DNA from: Phaeosaccion multiseriatum
Taxonomy: Eukaryota; Protista; Ochrophyta, other classes
Assembly (NCBI GenBank): GCA_965112735.1
Contig: OZ218960.1
Coordinates: 2,604,001 to 2,668,000 of the forward strand
DNA: 64,000 nucleotides
Reading direction: 5' to 3'
The notes beneath the pieces are model-generated. The model ran no database searches. It was not told the DNA's origin and worked only from the letters and a program-made list of their open reading frames with translations. Below, one piece after another: positions 23,506-37,052 of this stretch. The first letter of the stretch is position 1, and each line of letters begins with the position of its first letter. The position numbers were made by a program, and so were the translations under genes.

Positions 23506-24911
23506 CTCCCTGTCAAGTACTCCTCCTCCCTGGGGCCCGCCGCCTCGAGGGATCTCCCGTCCCAGATCGGTCGAGATCCCGCTCTTCCTCCCTCTCTTTC
23601 CTCGCTTGTATCTTTTATCTTTGACTTTTATAGTATCTTCCGGAGAGGGGGGGGGGGTGGAGGGGGGGGGAATTGAAACTGTAATTCGTGTGCATCGCGA
23701 ACTGCGGGTTCGATTCCTTTGAAACCAAGCCCAAAAAAAGGCGAGTCTGGAGAGGAGCTGGAGCGCTCGAGTAGAGAGAAGAGGACGATCGAGAGGGCTT
23801 GCAGGGGTGAATCCACGAGAGTGTTTCGGACTATTAGCAGGACGAGCAGAGGATTGGAAAGAGGGAGGACACAAAGAGAACGAAGGTGCGTGCAATGGTC
23901 CCACGGTCTCAGCGAAGGCGCTAGCTCACTCAATTGGGGTGCCCCGTGTGGCTTGCTGAGGGCTGCTTGCATCAGCGAGGACTCAGGGGAGAGAGGTGTA
24001 CGTAGTCCGAGGGGAGTTGGGGTCCGTCGCTGTGAGGAAGCGCTGTTTTGGCATTTCGGGGCGGGAGGAGGAGCGAAGAAAGAGAACATGGAGCGTGGAG
24101 GAATGGGATGGCATGCTCCAAGCAAGCAGCAGCAGCAGTAGCCTCACACAATTTTCGACAGTAAGGGGGACCGGGGAGAAGGGACTGCAGGGAGGGGGGA
24201 TATGGTGAGGGAGCAGGGCAAGGAGGGGAGAAAGGAAGGCGGCGAGAACAGGGAGCAGAAGACTTACCAGAGAGAGGGAAGGAGAACGAGCGGGGAGAGG
24301 ACCAAGGAGGTTTTGGTGTCTGTCGGCCTTTCATGACTATAAGTCGCTGGATCAGAGGAGGGATCACCACGCTACCACATAATTACAGCGGAGGGAACAG
24401 CAGCAGACTCATTCTGAATTGACGGGGGACCGGGTGGGACAAGCGGAGCTTTGTCCATCGGTGGGATAGTGTAGCAGGACAATGGGACTGCTTTTACGGC
24501 ACTGAATAGTTGCAATACCGACTGTATTGTTTTTGTGCCATGATCCCGATCCACGAGCTTTCATTATTTGTCGGTTCGTCCTCTCCCGTTGTTCCCTTGT
24601 TGCTTGGCTAGTGCTGAGTCTCGTCCTCGCCCCTCCCTTTCCCCTGCCTTTCTCCATTGCCTCCATCTTTCCTTCATGTGCAGGACGGGATCTCAGTGGG
24701 TTATTGTGATTTGGGAGCGCTGAAAGCCCTTTTAACAGCACCAGTCCCGGACCCAGAGGACGGAGGGAGGAGAGAGGAGAAAGAGGACTATTTCTCCATA
24801 GAAGGAAGTGGGGCTCTTGTCGCCCACTCCTATTCGAACCCTCTTCGTGAGAGAGGGGCTTGACAAACTACAGAAAGAAAGAGAGGTGCGCAGTGCAAGC
24901 GCTGTCCAGGC

Positions 24912-27039
24912 ATGGCTCGCAATGACAGCCCCTTCGATATGCAAATCAAGCTCCTCATGATCGGAGACAGCGGAGTGGGCAAGACGTGCTTGCTGCTGCG
25001 CTATGCCAATGACTCCTTCTCGCAGACGTTCATCACCACCATTGGCATTGACTTTAAGATCAAAAACATCGACCTGTAAGTACTCGGGCATGAAGGCGGG
25101 GGCAGGAGGGAGGGGTTGAGGAGATGGGGTAGAGAGAGAGAGGGCGGGGATGGGGTAGAGAGGGGAAGGAATCAGGAAGACGAGGAAACTCGGCACACCG
25201 GACAGTGAGAGCTTTGGTCGTGCATTCTTCCACGAGAGGGGCACAGCACCGGCTTTCCTATTTCCGATGGGCATTGTAAAAGCAAGACTACGTGCCAGCG
25301 AAAGGAGGGTAGGGAGGGAAGGCAAACTGCAGCAGTAGCATGACCAGTTGGTTCTTCTCTGTGTGGTGCTGTGTGTTGTCTGTTCAATGTCTGTCGGCTG
25401 TTTACAAGAGAGGATGGATGGAGGATACTGTTGGCACAGAGAAACGGGAGGGGGAGGAGGGCCATAGAGAAAGCAAGCAAGTGGTCAGGATAGAAAGCGG
25501 GGGGGATGACCAAGACAGGCAGAGCAGCAAGATAAGGGGCCCATGAGCTTGAAGGGGGCGTCGCTTTACTCTCTCCCCCCCCCCCCTCCGGACACGAGCT
25601 GCTTCAGCTTGGCGCTCTCCTCCTCGATTACCATGTGCTCGTTTTCTACCCTCTCCCTCTTCTTCATGCGACGCTTTTCCATCGACCCGAACCAATCCCA
25701 CGCACCCACCTCTGACGGAGATGTTGCCTCTCCATCCCTCCCTCCCTCCCTCTTGTCCGCCACCCACCCACCCGACAACACCCAATCAATGGCGCACATC
25801 AGCGACTCGAAGCGAATCAAGCTGCAGATCTGGGACACAGCGGGCCAAGAGCGCTTCCGTACCATCACCACCTCCTACTTCCGAGGGGCCCAGGGCATCT
25901 TGCTGGTGTATGACGTGACAGACAAGAAGAGCTTCCAAGCCATTCGGAACTGGGTCGGGCAGATCAAACAGCATGCAGACGTGCAGGTGCGTGAAGGGAG
26001 CAGTGTGTGTGTGTGCGTGTGTGTGTGTGTGTGCGTGTGTGTGTGCGTGTGCTCATGAGAGGCTGCGCTGAAAGGACTGAGCAAAGTTTTCCTTACTGCC
26101 TTGATTCAGCACGTTTAACTGAATGTACACCCCCTACCATCGGCGACCATCCCTCCTCCCCGTGAGACCGCGCTGAAAGGACTGAGCAAAGTTTTCCTTG
26201 CTGCCTTGATTCAGCACCTTTTAAATGAACGTACACCCCCTACCATCGGCGACCATCCCTCCTCCCCGCACCATGGGCTGCCATCCCTCAGGTGAACAAG
26301 ATTCTCATCGGAAACAAGTGCGACATGAGCGACGATCGGGAAGTGAGCACAGAGGAGGGCGCGCAGCTGGCAGCCGAGTACGGCATTCAGTTCTTCGAGA
26401 CGAGTGCCAAGAACGATATTAACGTTGAGAAGGTGAGAGAGAGAGACGCAGGGGCAGGGGAGCAATGAGGGAGGGTGGGTGGGAGGATGGGAGGGAGGGA
26501 GGGAGGGAGGATGGGAGGGAGGGAGGGAGGGAGGGAGGATGGGAGGGAGGGAGGGAGGGAGGGAGGGAGGGATCGGAGAAGGGAGGGAGGGAGGGAAGGA
26601 AGGAAGGAGCGAGGCCTAGGTAGGGTCTAGGGCGTCACGTGGTGGGAGGAAGGCTCGCTCGCTCGGGGTCAGAGGGAGAGGGACAGACAGAGACTCCTTG
26701 CGTCGCGTGTGTGGAATCAAATTGAAGGGAGTTCGGAAGAGATTGATGATCTTATCTATCCGTCGCTGGAAACACTTTTGTATCCTCCTCCTCACAGTCT
26801 CCCCCTCCCTTCCTTGCGTATATGCGTGTGCTTGTGTCGTGTGCTGCGTGTGTGTGTGTGTACTTGCGTGTGTGTCTGCATGCGGGTTCCACTCCAAACA
26901 GGGTTTTATCAGCATTGCCAGGGAAGTGAAGGATCGGCTCATGTCCGATGGCGCCGGAGCTCGCCCCGGGGGAAGGGCAGACACAGTGGACATGAATAAG
27001 GCAGCAAGTAAGCCCAAGAGCAGTAAGTGCTGTGCGTAG
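24912..27039 (+). CDS. RAB8: Rab8/RabE/Sec4-family small GTPase
   Basis: Exons 24912-25075, 25803-25986, 26292-26432, 26902-27039. Motifs [52 protein letters not shown] and C-terminal KCCA prenylation site. Confidence 0.96.
26057..26270 (+). repeat. About 107-bp tandem duplication in Rab8 intron 2
   Basis: GCGCTGAAAGGACTGAGCAAAGTTTTCCTT...TACACCCCCTACCATCGGCGACCATCCCTCCTCCCCG occurs twice with few mismatches. Confidence 0.92.
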
Positions 27040-27150
27040 AGCGAGAGCAGCGGCAGCGACAGAGGGAGAGCTAGAGGGAGACAGAGATCAGAGAAGAGGG
27101 AGAGCGCGCGATGGGAGAGAGAAAGGGAGATAATTGGAGGCAGATAGCGA

Positions 27151-27196
<46 letters not shown>

Positions 27197-27405
27197 CATC
27201 ATTGGCAGTTAGTGAGGGGTGTGGAAGAGCAGAAGAGCACAAGAGAGAGCGGCGGGGCGGGAAAAGAAGGCCCTCTTCACACTCATTGTAGACAGACAGG
27301 CGCAGGCAAGCGCTCCCGCCCCATGTGGGGGCGGAAACTGAAGCATCGCGGTATACGGTATACTAGAGAGAGAGAGAGGTTTCCTCCGTCTGCTGTGCCA
27401 GTGGC

Positions 27406-27442
<37 letters not shown>

Positions 27443-28384
27443 TAGCAGCACAAATAAGCAGCAATTTTTGTCAATTTTCAGTCCCCGGGTGTGTGGACAC
27501 GATGGGTGTCAAGTAAAGTTAGGAGAGAGACGTCTCAGACGCACCAGAGGCTTCAGGCAGTCAGTCCGCCAGTCAGTCTGTCAGTCACTCAATCAGTCCA
27601 ATCACGGCCGCAGGCAGTCAGCAGGGGCATGCGGCGGCGGTAACAGCGGCTACTGCTGCTAATGGAAATATAAAGAGGCGCTTTCATCATGGCATCGACT
27701 GGGCTTGACTGTCGTCCGTTGGCCGGTGCGGGGAGGCAGGGTGGAATATTCGTGTTTACATGGGCAAGCAAGTGAGGTGAAAGGAAGGGCACCCAGGGCA
27801 CCCAGGAGCTCCCCCCCAGACAGGGGAAAAGTCTGTCGCTACCTAAAGTTCCTCTATCCTCTTATCTATAGCTGTCTGCCCCCTCGCCGTCGTTTAACTC
27901 TCTTTCAATCAATTTTAACTAAAAAAAACTCTCCCCACCGCTGCGGTACGTTGCCTTGCCGGGTTGCCTCCCTCGATGCAAGCCTGTGACCACTCACTCA
28001 CTTCGGCGACCCCCTCGAAGGGCCCATTCACGGTGGATCCATCGACCCTGCCCACCGTAGGAGCCACGCACACCACGCTCTCGCCCCGGTGCTTACCCTC
28101 TGCGCAGGAAAACATGCCACTCCGGAAACACCCTTCTTACTCGTGCTGCTGCTGCTGCTGCTGCTGCTGCTGCACTGCTGTTGGCTGCTCCACTAGTGGC
28201 TGCGATCACTACTCCCTCCGTACGCCATCTCGGAGTCCCAACACGTTCGTCCCGAGGGGGATGCGATACCTGAGGGGGTGCGATGCACCTGTCTGCCGAC
28301 TTCTTGCTTGAGTAGTTGGAGCTCTTTGGGCAGCCTGCCTACATGCCGGTATACCTGCCTGCCTATATACGTACCTGCCTCATG

Positions 28385-28440
28385 TCTGGCTGGCTGTCTG
28401 GCTATGTGTCTGCCTATCTGTCTGTCTGTCTGTCTGGCTA

Positions 28441-28495
<55 letters not shown>

Positions 28496-28585
28496 GTCTG
28501 TCTGTCTGTCTGGCTGGCTATCTGTCTGTCTGTCTGGCTGTCTGTCTGTCTGTCTGCCTGTCTGTCTATCTGTCTGTCTATCTGT
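28385..28585 (+). repeat. (TCTG)n microsatellite
   Basis: Directly visible, 3' of the photolyase-hydrolase gene. Confidence 0.9.
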
Positions 28586-28628
28586 CTCGCTCTTCGTCCC
28601 TCCTCTCATCGGATGGTGCTGTCACCCG

Positions 28629-28847
28629 CTACTTGTGTCCCGGTGCTTCTGCTGAGCTGCTCGTCTCGGAGCCCCCTACGTTGGCGAGCTCCGGAGAGGA
28701 GGAGGAAGCCGACTCCTTCCCATTCAACTCCACAGCATCGATCCACTCCACCATCGCTGCGCAAACCTCATCGGCATTTTCCTGAGGTGGAACCGTAGCG
28801 AGAGGGAGGGAGGGAGGGAGAGAGGGTAGAGCGAGAGAGAGACAGGA

Positions 28848-28884
<37 letters not shown>

Positions 28885-28888
28885 AGCA

Positions 28889-28949
<61 letters not shown>

Positions 28950-30521
28950 GCAAGACAGAGAGAGAGGGGGGGGGAGACCGGAAGAGAGAGGGTGAGGCCC
29001 AGGCAAACCCTCGCGATGCCCCTCAAATGTCAGTCTTCAGCCCCTGCCCATCCACTGCCATCCCCTGTCCTGACACCCACCTCGTGTGGGCAATGCCCTC
29101 CGTTAATGGGCACCACCTTAACATCGTTATGCACGTCCTTGAACTGCTCTGCCCTGGCCACGGCGTCGTTGAGAGGGTCCAAGGTGCCCTGTGCCACCAG
29201 TACGGGCCCTCCGAACTGCAGGAGGGCGGGGGGGGGGGGTTGGTGGGGTGGGATGGCAGTGGATTGCGTGAGAAGAGCGCGTGAGAAAGGGTATTGATAA
29301 TGTTGCTGAACAAGGCTATCAAGCGCACTACAATACACTTAAACGTACTTGCATTTTGCGAAAAGTATTCCTCACGCCCGCACACACACACACACACACA
29401 CACACACCTTGCCGAGCATTTCGTTGGCGCTCCTGGAGAAAGGAAGCTTTGCCCCTGAGGCGAAGATGCCGACGGCGCCGGGGTCGCAGCTGTCACGGAA
29501 GATGTTGTCAGCCAGACCCTGGGAGAGGAGCAAGAGATAGGGATGGTGTGTGAGCGAGAGAGAGGGAGGGGGGGTGAGAGAGAGATTAGAGACAGACATG
29601 CACACAGAGAGAAACTGAAAGGTCAGTACCAACCAACCAACCTGCCTGCTGACTGACCGACTGACTGACCGGCACTTTGATGCATCTGCCCCTCCCCTTA
29701 CGTAATTCATAGGTTGATTCCTGTTAAGTCGATAAAATTCCCCCCTCCGCCCCACTGCCCCCCCCCCCCCTGCTCTGCTCTCGCACCTCATCCACAACGC
29801 CCGGATTGGTCGGGTAGAGAGAGTAACATGTCTTGGCAATGCGACCTTGAAGCCCCATGAAGAGGAGCTGACTGAGGCCATACAATAAGAAGTTGGGGGG
29901 TGCACCGTAGGACCCAAGCAGGTCCATACGAGTTGCGTCTTCTACCGACACGCCTGGGCCGAAGCGTTCTTGCTGAGAAGGAGGAAGAGGAGGGGAGGCA
30001 AAGCGAACGAGAGAAGGGGGGGGGGGAGGAAGGGAGAGAGGGAGGGAGAAAGGGAGAGAGAGAAGAGAGAGAAAGAGAAGGGAGAGAGGGGGGAGAGATG
30101 GAGAGAGAGAAGAGCAGAAAAAGCGAAAAGAGGGAGATTGTGGTCAATCTCACCCACGCAGGCCCTGTAGGCGAAAGAAGATGATGAGATAACAAGAGCC
30201 CAATCATTGATGAAGTATTCACATCTCAGTCCCACCCGGGAGGGACCCCGCACAGGGACCCATACACCCACGCACGCACCCACGCACCCACCCACGCACC
30301 CACGCACCTCTTGCTCCCACTCATCTTGGTCCAGCAGACGGCCTGCGCTGTTGATAAGGATGACGCCTTTGCAGAGACCGAAGGAGTCAGCGGCCACGCC
30401 CATACTGTAGGCATAGAGGGGAGAGACAAGAGGAGAGGGAGAGAGAGGGGAAGAGCGGGAGAGACGGGGATAAATACACACAGCGAGAGAGGGCGTGTAC
30501 GGTCGAGAAAGAGGGCGTATA

Positions 30522-30576
<55 letters not shown>

Positions 30577-33500
30577 GGGAGGTGGTGCACACAGTGATAC
30601 AGTCAATTCGTATGCCTTTATCTGCCACCCCTGCCGCTTCCCTTCCTTCCCCTCCCCTTTCCTTCCCCTCCCTCCCCTCCCCTTCGCTTCCCTTCCATTT
30701 GCTCCTCTCCCCTTCCTTCTCTCAACACACCCTCCATCTTACCTAACGTAACCGCCAATTGAGTTGCCAGCGATGTAGAACGGCGAGGAGATGATGTTAA
30801 CCGTAAAGTCTCTGACAAAATCACACCACAGGTACTGCGTGTATGTAAGAGGGGGCTGTTGTTGCACAGAGACAGAGGGCAGGGAGAGGGGAAGGATGGG
30901 GAAGGGAGGGGAGGAGGAGAGATGGGCAGTTGGAGATACAGCAGCAACGTCTTGTCTGCCGTGTTCCTCCTCTGCCTGCACTCGACCACGGCGCACCTTT
31001 CATTCCTTCTTTCACGAGAGCGAGAACGAGGGCGTCTGCCTGTCCCGTGCGTGCCTACCCACTCCCTGCTCACTCCCTCACCTACCTTGGAGCTGTGTCC
31101 GAAGCCGATGAGGTCGACAGCAAAGAGCCTGAAGCGAGTGCCCAGTCTCTCGAAGCAGCCCTGCCATTGGTCCACAGACGCCCCAAAACCGTGCACCTGG
31201 ACAACCGCAGCAGTGGGTAATACAGCCGTAGCAGTTGGTGATACAGCAGCATGGAGGAGTGTACATACGCACACAGAGAGAGATACAGCGATGAGGGAGG
31301 GAGGGAGGGAGGGAGGGACGCGTCAAGTCTTGTCCTTTTCTCTTTCTCCGCTCCCTCTTCTCCCTCCCATCTCCCCCATCTTCTCTCTCCACCCCCCCTC
31401 CTCTCCCCCTTCCCTCTTTCTTCGTCTCTAATATACACGTACGTCTCTCTCCCCCTCTCCCGCCACTCACTGTTGCCTCCTCCCTTCCCTTCCCTTCCCT
31501 CCTTTCCTCAATCCACCCCCCCAACACACACTCTCTCCCTCCCTCCCTCACCATGAGTAGCGCCGGGGCTTCTGGATCTGTGCTTCCTCCTACAGCATAA
31601 CGGCAGCTCCATCCGTGCCATTTCCAATACCTAACCTCGAATGGGGGTCTGGCACCCACTTCTGCCCCCCCTGATGTCACTGCTGCTGCTGCTGCTGCTG
31701 CTGCTTCTCCTTTGGTAGGGCCGTGCTCCTCAGGTTGGGAAAATGCCGCCTTCGATGCCTCGACGTCTCTCTCAGCTAAAATATCATGCCACTGTTGGGA
31801 AGATGAAGAGTAGGAGGATGGGGGAGGAGGAGGAGGAGGAGGAGGAGGAGGAGGAAGAGGAGGAGGAGGAGGAGGAGGAGGAGGATGAGGAGGAGGAGGA
31901 GGAGGAGGAGGAGGAGGAGGAGGGTGAGGAGGAGGAGGAGGAGGAGGAGGAGGAGGAGGAGGAGGAGGAGGAGGAGGAGGAGGAGGAGGAGGAGGAGGAG
32001 GAGGAGGAGGAGGAGGAGGAGGAGGAGGAGGAGGAGGAGGAACGACGGCGAGAACAAGAGAGCCACGATGAAAAAACACGTAGAGAGGCCGAGGGGCGAA
32101 AGGAAGGGGCATGAAGCGGGAGAGAAAGGGACCCACACAACCCACACATACAGTGTACACAGAGTGAAAAAGTGCCCCCCTCCCCTCTCTCCTTCCCCCG
32201 CCTCCCTCTCCACCTCCCCTCTCCCCCTCCCTTCCCCTCACTTACCTGCATAGTGGTGACGACTTCCTTACCATAGCAGGTCCAGGGCCGGGCCACAGAA
32301 AGGGGGCTGGGGGCATAGCCGTGCTGCCGTGCAAGCATGACTCGGCGCGGCGAGAGGCAGCCCAGTGACAGCCCGGCTCCAAAGCTTCGAGCGAACACCT
32401 TTGGGGTGGGTGCGTGGGTGGGTGCGTGAGAACAAACGAAAGAAATGAAAGAAGCTAAAGGACAACAAAGTGGGTCAGCGTCGAGGCGTTTCCTGTACGA
32501 CAGACGCTTCGCACGAGCACCTCCTCCCTCCCCCTCCACCCCACCCTCCCTCCCCCCGTGCCCAACCAACGCGTCGACCTTTACCCTTTACCCTTTACCC
32601 TTTGCTCTCTCCTCTCCTCTCCTCTCCTGCCTCACCTCGCCTCTCGCCAGCCCCCCCACACCCCTCGCTTTGACTATTCTGCGTGTGACTGCAGAGTCAA
32701 GCCCCAGCAGCGGCTCGGCGCTTGGTTTGTCTCCGGGCAGCTGAGGGGAGGAGGATGGCAGTGGATGGAGGAGGGAGGCGGCGGCAGGAGGAGGAGGAGG
32801 AGGAGGAGGAGGAGGAGGAGGAGGAGGAGGAGGAGGAGGAGGAGGAGGAGAAGGAGGAGGAGGAGGAGGAGGGGAAAGGCGGAGAGTGAGAAGCCCACAC
32901 CTCACTGATCGCTCACGACTGATTCGCTGACTGTCCATCCCGCACTCCTACCTCTCACTCTACATATATGTACACGTGCGTGCATATGTGTGTATGTGTG
33001 TGTCCTCTGTATGTGCTTTGACTGACCTGAATGTGTGGCTCCGCGTGGTCTTCGAGCTTGTTCAGGAGGTAGGCCCCGAAGGCCGCGTCGCCTTCACTGA
33101 CGTACTTGTCCAGCCACCTGTGCCCCAAACCAGCCAGAGAGAGGTAGTCAAGGTTAGTCGTACTCAGCGCATTACCCAAAACCCAAACCCCCATATGCCT
33201 CTACCCATCAGCTCCCCCTCCCCATATGCCTCTACCCTCCCTCCCTTCCTCCCTCCCATCGCATCGTACTTGAGCATGAAGTTCTCTCCGAAGGTGGGCT
33301 GCAGTGACAACTCCTTCCCTCCCCATATACCTCTACCCTACAACTCCCCATATGCCTCTACCCTACAACTCCCCATATGCCTCTACCCTACAACTCCCCA
33401 TACACCTCTACCCTACAACTCCCCATATGCCTCTACCCTACAACTCCCCATCTGCCTCTACCCTACAACTCCCCATGTACCTCTACGTAACACAACGATA

Positions 33501-35351
33501 TATATAAATGGGAGAGTGATAAAGCTATAAGAACCTACTTGAGCATGAGTTTCTCTCCGAAGGCGGACTGCTCTGACAGCTCCTTGGCCCCCAGTAGCTC
33601 CTCCCCTCTCGCTTGCCCCTGCAGGAAGGTCACCACCTCCGCAGGCCGGTCCCGTAGAGAGGTCGACATAACCTATCGGGAAAAAGACAGGTTTTTGCAT
33701 GTTAACGGGTTAACCTATCGGGAAAACCAGCACAGTTTGCTGCGTGTTAACGGGTTTACAGGATAAACGACGGGTGTGTGTGTGTGGTTGTAGGTCAACG
33801 CTCAACGGGGGTGTAGAAGGGCCAAGGGAGTTGTATAGAATGCTCTGTCCCTCTCTCTCTCTCTCTCTCTCGATCTCTCTCGCTCTCTCTCGCTCTCTCT
33901 CCTCCTCGGTCTCTCGCTCTCACACTCTCAGTCTCTCGCGCTCTGGTCTCGCTCTCTTCGTCTCTCTCTCTCTCTCTCGGTCTCTCTCTCTCTCTCTCCT
34001 GGTCTCTCTCTCTTTCCCCCTCCCTGTCCCTCTCTGCTCCTCTCTGTCTGTCTGTCTGTCTATCTGTCTTTCTGTCTATCTGTCTGTCTGTCTGTCCGTC
34101 TGCCTCTGAATGTGCGTGCGTGTGCGCGGGTGCGTGACCTGGTACCCTCCACGCCCGTATCACCAACACCTCCCTGTCTGTGTTGGGCCTGGAGCGAATC
34201 ACTATCGAGATTTCGACATTGATCAAAGCGTCAACTGAAACTGTAAGTGTGCTGCCCCTGCCCTACTACTACAAGTTGCTCACCTCGTGAAGAGTGGGCA
34301 GATCCGACCCCTTTCCCTCCGTGTCGGGAAGCGGAGGAAGCTGTGTGGACATACACGCACGCACGCACACACGCACACGCACAGGCACACATACAGAGTG
34401 AGAGAGAAGGAGAATGGCCGTGCGTGAGTATGTCGCTCTATGGCTGCTCAGATATGGTCCTGCCGCCTCCAGACGGCCTCTGGTGTAGTACACTGCTGCA
34501 CTATGTGCCATGTGTGACAGCCCTCCTCCACGCTACTTCCCCTGTGCCCCTGTCTCGCTCAGCAGACGGCCCCATCTAAACATACGAAGCCGCTGGACTG
34601 CACTCAAAGCATCATCCATCCTCATCCACATCCGCCTTTAACACATACGCCTTTCCGCGCAACTGGACGGGGGGGGGGGGGCACGAACCTCGGTAGGAGC
34701 AGGGAACGGCTCTCGGAGCGGCATACCCGCTGTAAGGGCCTGCCAATCTCGGTAGTTCCACACCTTCGAGGCCTCGACATCCGCCTCCCCCTGCAGTTGG
34801 CAGCGCCACGTGTGTACCTGTGTGTCCGCCGTAGCACTGAGGGGATGGGAGTACGGTTCCATGGCAAGGTATTGTAGAGGGTAAAAGGGCATTGGCGAAG
34901 ACATGGTCATGTGGTGGTGGTGGTGAGGGTGGTGTTGGTGCTGACCAAAGCCTCTCAAGCAGAAACAGCAACATTTCTCTCCTCCTCCTCCTCCTCCTCC
35001 TCCTCCTTCTCCTCCTCCTCTCTTCCTTCCCATCTCCTCCACTCACCTGAGCTTCTCTACAGCCTCCTGACACGCCCTAACCTCCTGCACCGCGCTATAG
35101 TGATAATATAGCACAGACGCATCGGAGGCAGAAACCAACTCCTGCACAGCTTGAGCAGTCTCAGCCGTGCTATCGGCCTGCAAGACGATGAGGTCACTTC
35201 CCAGACCCCTAAGAGAGGCCTGAAGGTCTGAGACAGCGTGGTAGAGTAGCGACACGTCCAGCGGACGCTCTCGGTGGAGCTCCTCGCTGTTGAACACAAA
35301 GACGGGTAGTACCGCCTTAGCGTGGGCTGCGGCCTGCGGAAAGGGGAGGGG

Positions 35352-35391
<40 letters not shown>

Positions 35392-35916
35392 AACTGAGAG
35401 AAACATCTCGACCCCCTTCACCATCGCCGCGCGCATCTCCTTCTCTACTCTTGCCCCAAAGGTACCAACCACTCGTACCTGTAGAGCATCGTGATCATGC
35501 ACCCGCAAGTCTCCTTGGTTGAACCAAACCACGGCCGTTTGCTCCGGCGTGGCCTTGGGGAGTAGCTCCACAGGCGCTATGGCGGGAGGTCCATCGGGTA
35601 CCGGGAAGATGTGCAGCCTACTCCCTCCACTGCTACTTCTGCTGCTCCTACCTCTGCTGCTTCTGCTCCCGCTGGAGCTGCTTCTGAGGAAGCCAGCGCT
35701 GCTGCGTCTGGCCGCTTCTCTCTCTCTCAATAATGAGGCCTTGTGATTGACATGAGACTGAGACTGGCCGGAGAGGGCAGCAGGAGCGGTAAAGGCGAAC
35801 GCAGAGCAGCCCAAACGGGTCCCACCGCAGGAGTAGCAGCAGAGGAGCAGCAGGCGCCTCATGCACACCATCCTAGCGAGACAAAGCGCAGCGGCTGCTG
35901 GACAGCAAAGCTTCAA
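28629..35916 (-). CDS. Plastid-targeted photolyase/cryptochrome N-terminal domain + alpha/beta-hydrolase fusion (Arabidopsis At4g25290-like architecture)
   Basis: About 16 exons: 35916-35479, 35333-35047, 34836-~34689, 34340-34284, 33672-33539, ~33117-33027, ~32740-32636, ~32398-32246, 31791-31552, 31196-31086, 30855-30743, 30404-30308, 29972-29787, 29518-29408, 29215-29081, 28781-28629. Presequence LLLLCC...GCSA|FAF. Photolyase-N VVWFNQGDLRVHDHDAL, VLPVFVF, DLQASLRGLGSDLIV, LGCLSPRRV. Hydrolase VHGFGAS, DLIGFGHS, GNSIGG (Ser nucleophile), GTLDPL, GHCPHEE. Confidence 0.88.
33188..33485 (+). repeat. 25-bp minisatellite (CCCCATATGCCTCTACCCTACAACT)n, intronic
   Basis: About 6 tandem units at 33321-33485 plus two partial units at ~33188-33238. 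Confidence 0.92.
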
Positions 35917-37052
35917 GCTTCCGTAAGATTTCGCATAAATTACGTAAGGGTTTCCCCTCTCCCCATCCCCCCCCCCCCCCTTGGCACTACTTACTACCAG
36001 CAGACCACCATCTCTTCAACCCCAGCTCCCCATTCTGGACGTTTCATGCCACACGCGCCCGCGCCCCTGTCGACAGCAGCAGAGATGGAGACAGTACTGT
36101 TGTAGAGGCGGAAGAAGGCAGAAGAGCTGCTACAGTATTGTACAGATTAATGAGTGTACAAAGGTCGACGCCTAGTTCACCTGCGCGCCTGATCTGTATC
36201 ACCAACTGCTACTGCTCTTGACGGTGGGAATCCATCCACAGCTCGCCTTGTGCCGGCCCCCATTTCACTTGAGTCTCCACTCTAGTGATGCTGTGTAAAG
36301 AAGAAGAAGAAAAAGAGCCTCCTCACGCCGATTGGCCGACCTACCATGGTAGCGAGACTCCACAACCATAAGGGCTCTCTCTCCCTTACACCCTACTACG
36401 CACAGAGGCTCGGTCACACACCACAGAGGGCCACCTCCCACACACCGACACTCGACCAGCAAGGGCACACACCCAGAGGACATTCACGACGGCACCCAGG
36501 CTGAGCCTCCCTCCCACCCTCTCTCTTGGTCTCGTCGCGTCTTAGCACTTCCCCGCTTCCAGTCCTGCCATCCTGGCAATGACAAGGACACGAGGAGGCC
36601 CTGCTGGCAGCAGCAGCAGCAGTAGTAGTAGTAGTCCCTCTCTCTCTCCGCTCCGCTCAAGCAGTCAAGTGAAAAGTCGAAAGTCGCTCCCTTGCCACTC
36701 ACTCACTTGTGTTGACTGCTTCAGTGGGAAGACAGAGCTGCCCGCTGCTGTTGCCGCCACATGTGAGACTCGAAGGCTGAAGCGCCAACGATGATGACAT
36801 ATCACTCCAATGATAACAATGAATCGAGACACTTTCGCCCCCTGCATCCATCGTCCTCCACGCCTCCCATCGCACGCAGGCGGTTGGGAGGATGGAAGGG
36901 AAAAGGGGGTTGGACACGGCGCGGACTGACTGACTGACTGGCGGACTGTCCCTGACCGATCCTGGTCCGTCGGGTGCGATCCCGGTCCCGGTCCGATCCC
37001 GGTCCGGTCCCGGTCCCGTCCTTCTCTCATCGCGAGGCCTGGGGTCCGTCCG

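Noticed and set aside
32581-32603. Interstitial telomere (TTTACCC)3; also (CCCTA)n at ~794-813
   Set aside because: Too short, not an exact canonical TTAGGG/TTTAGGG array, and indistinguishable from the background of simple repeats.
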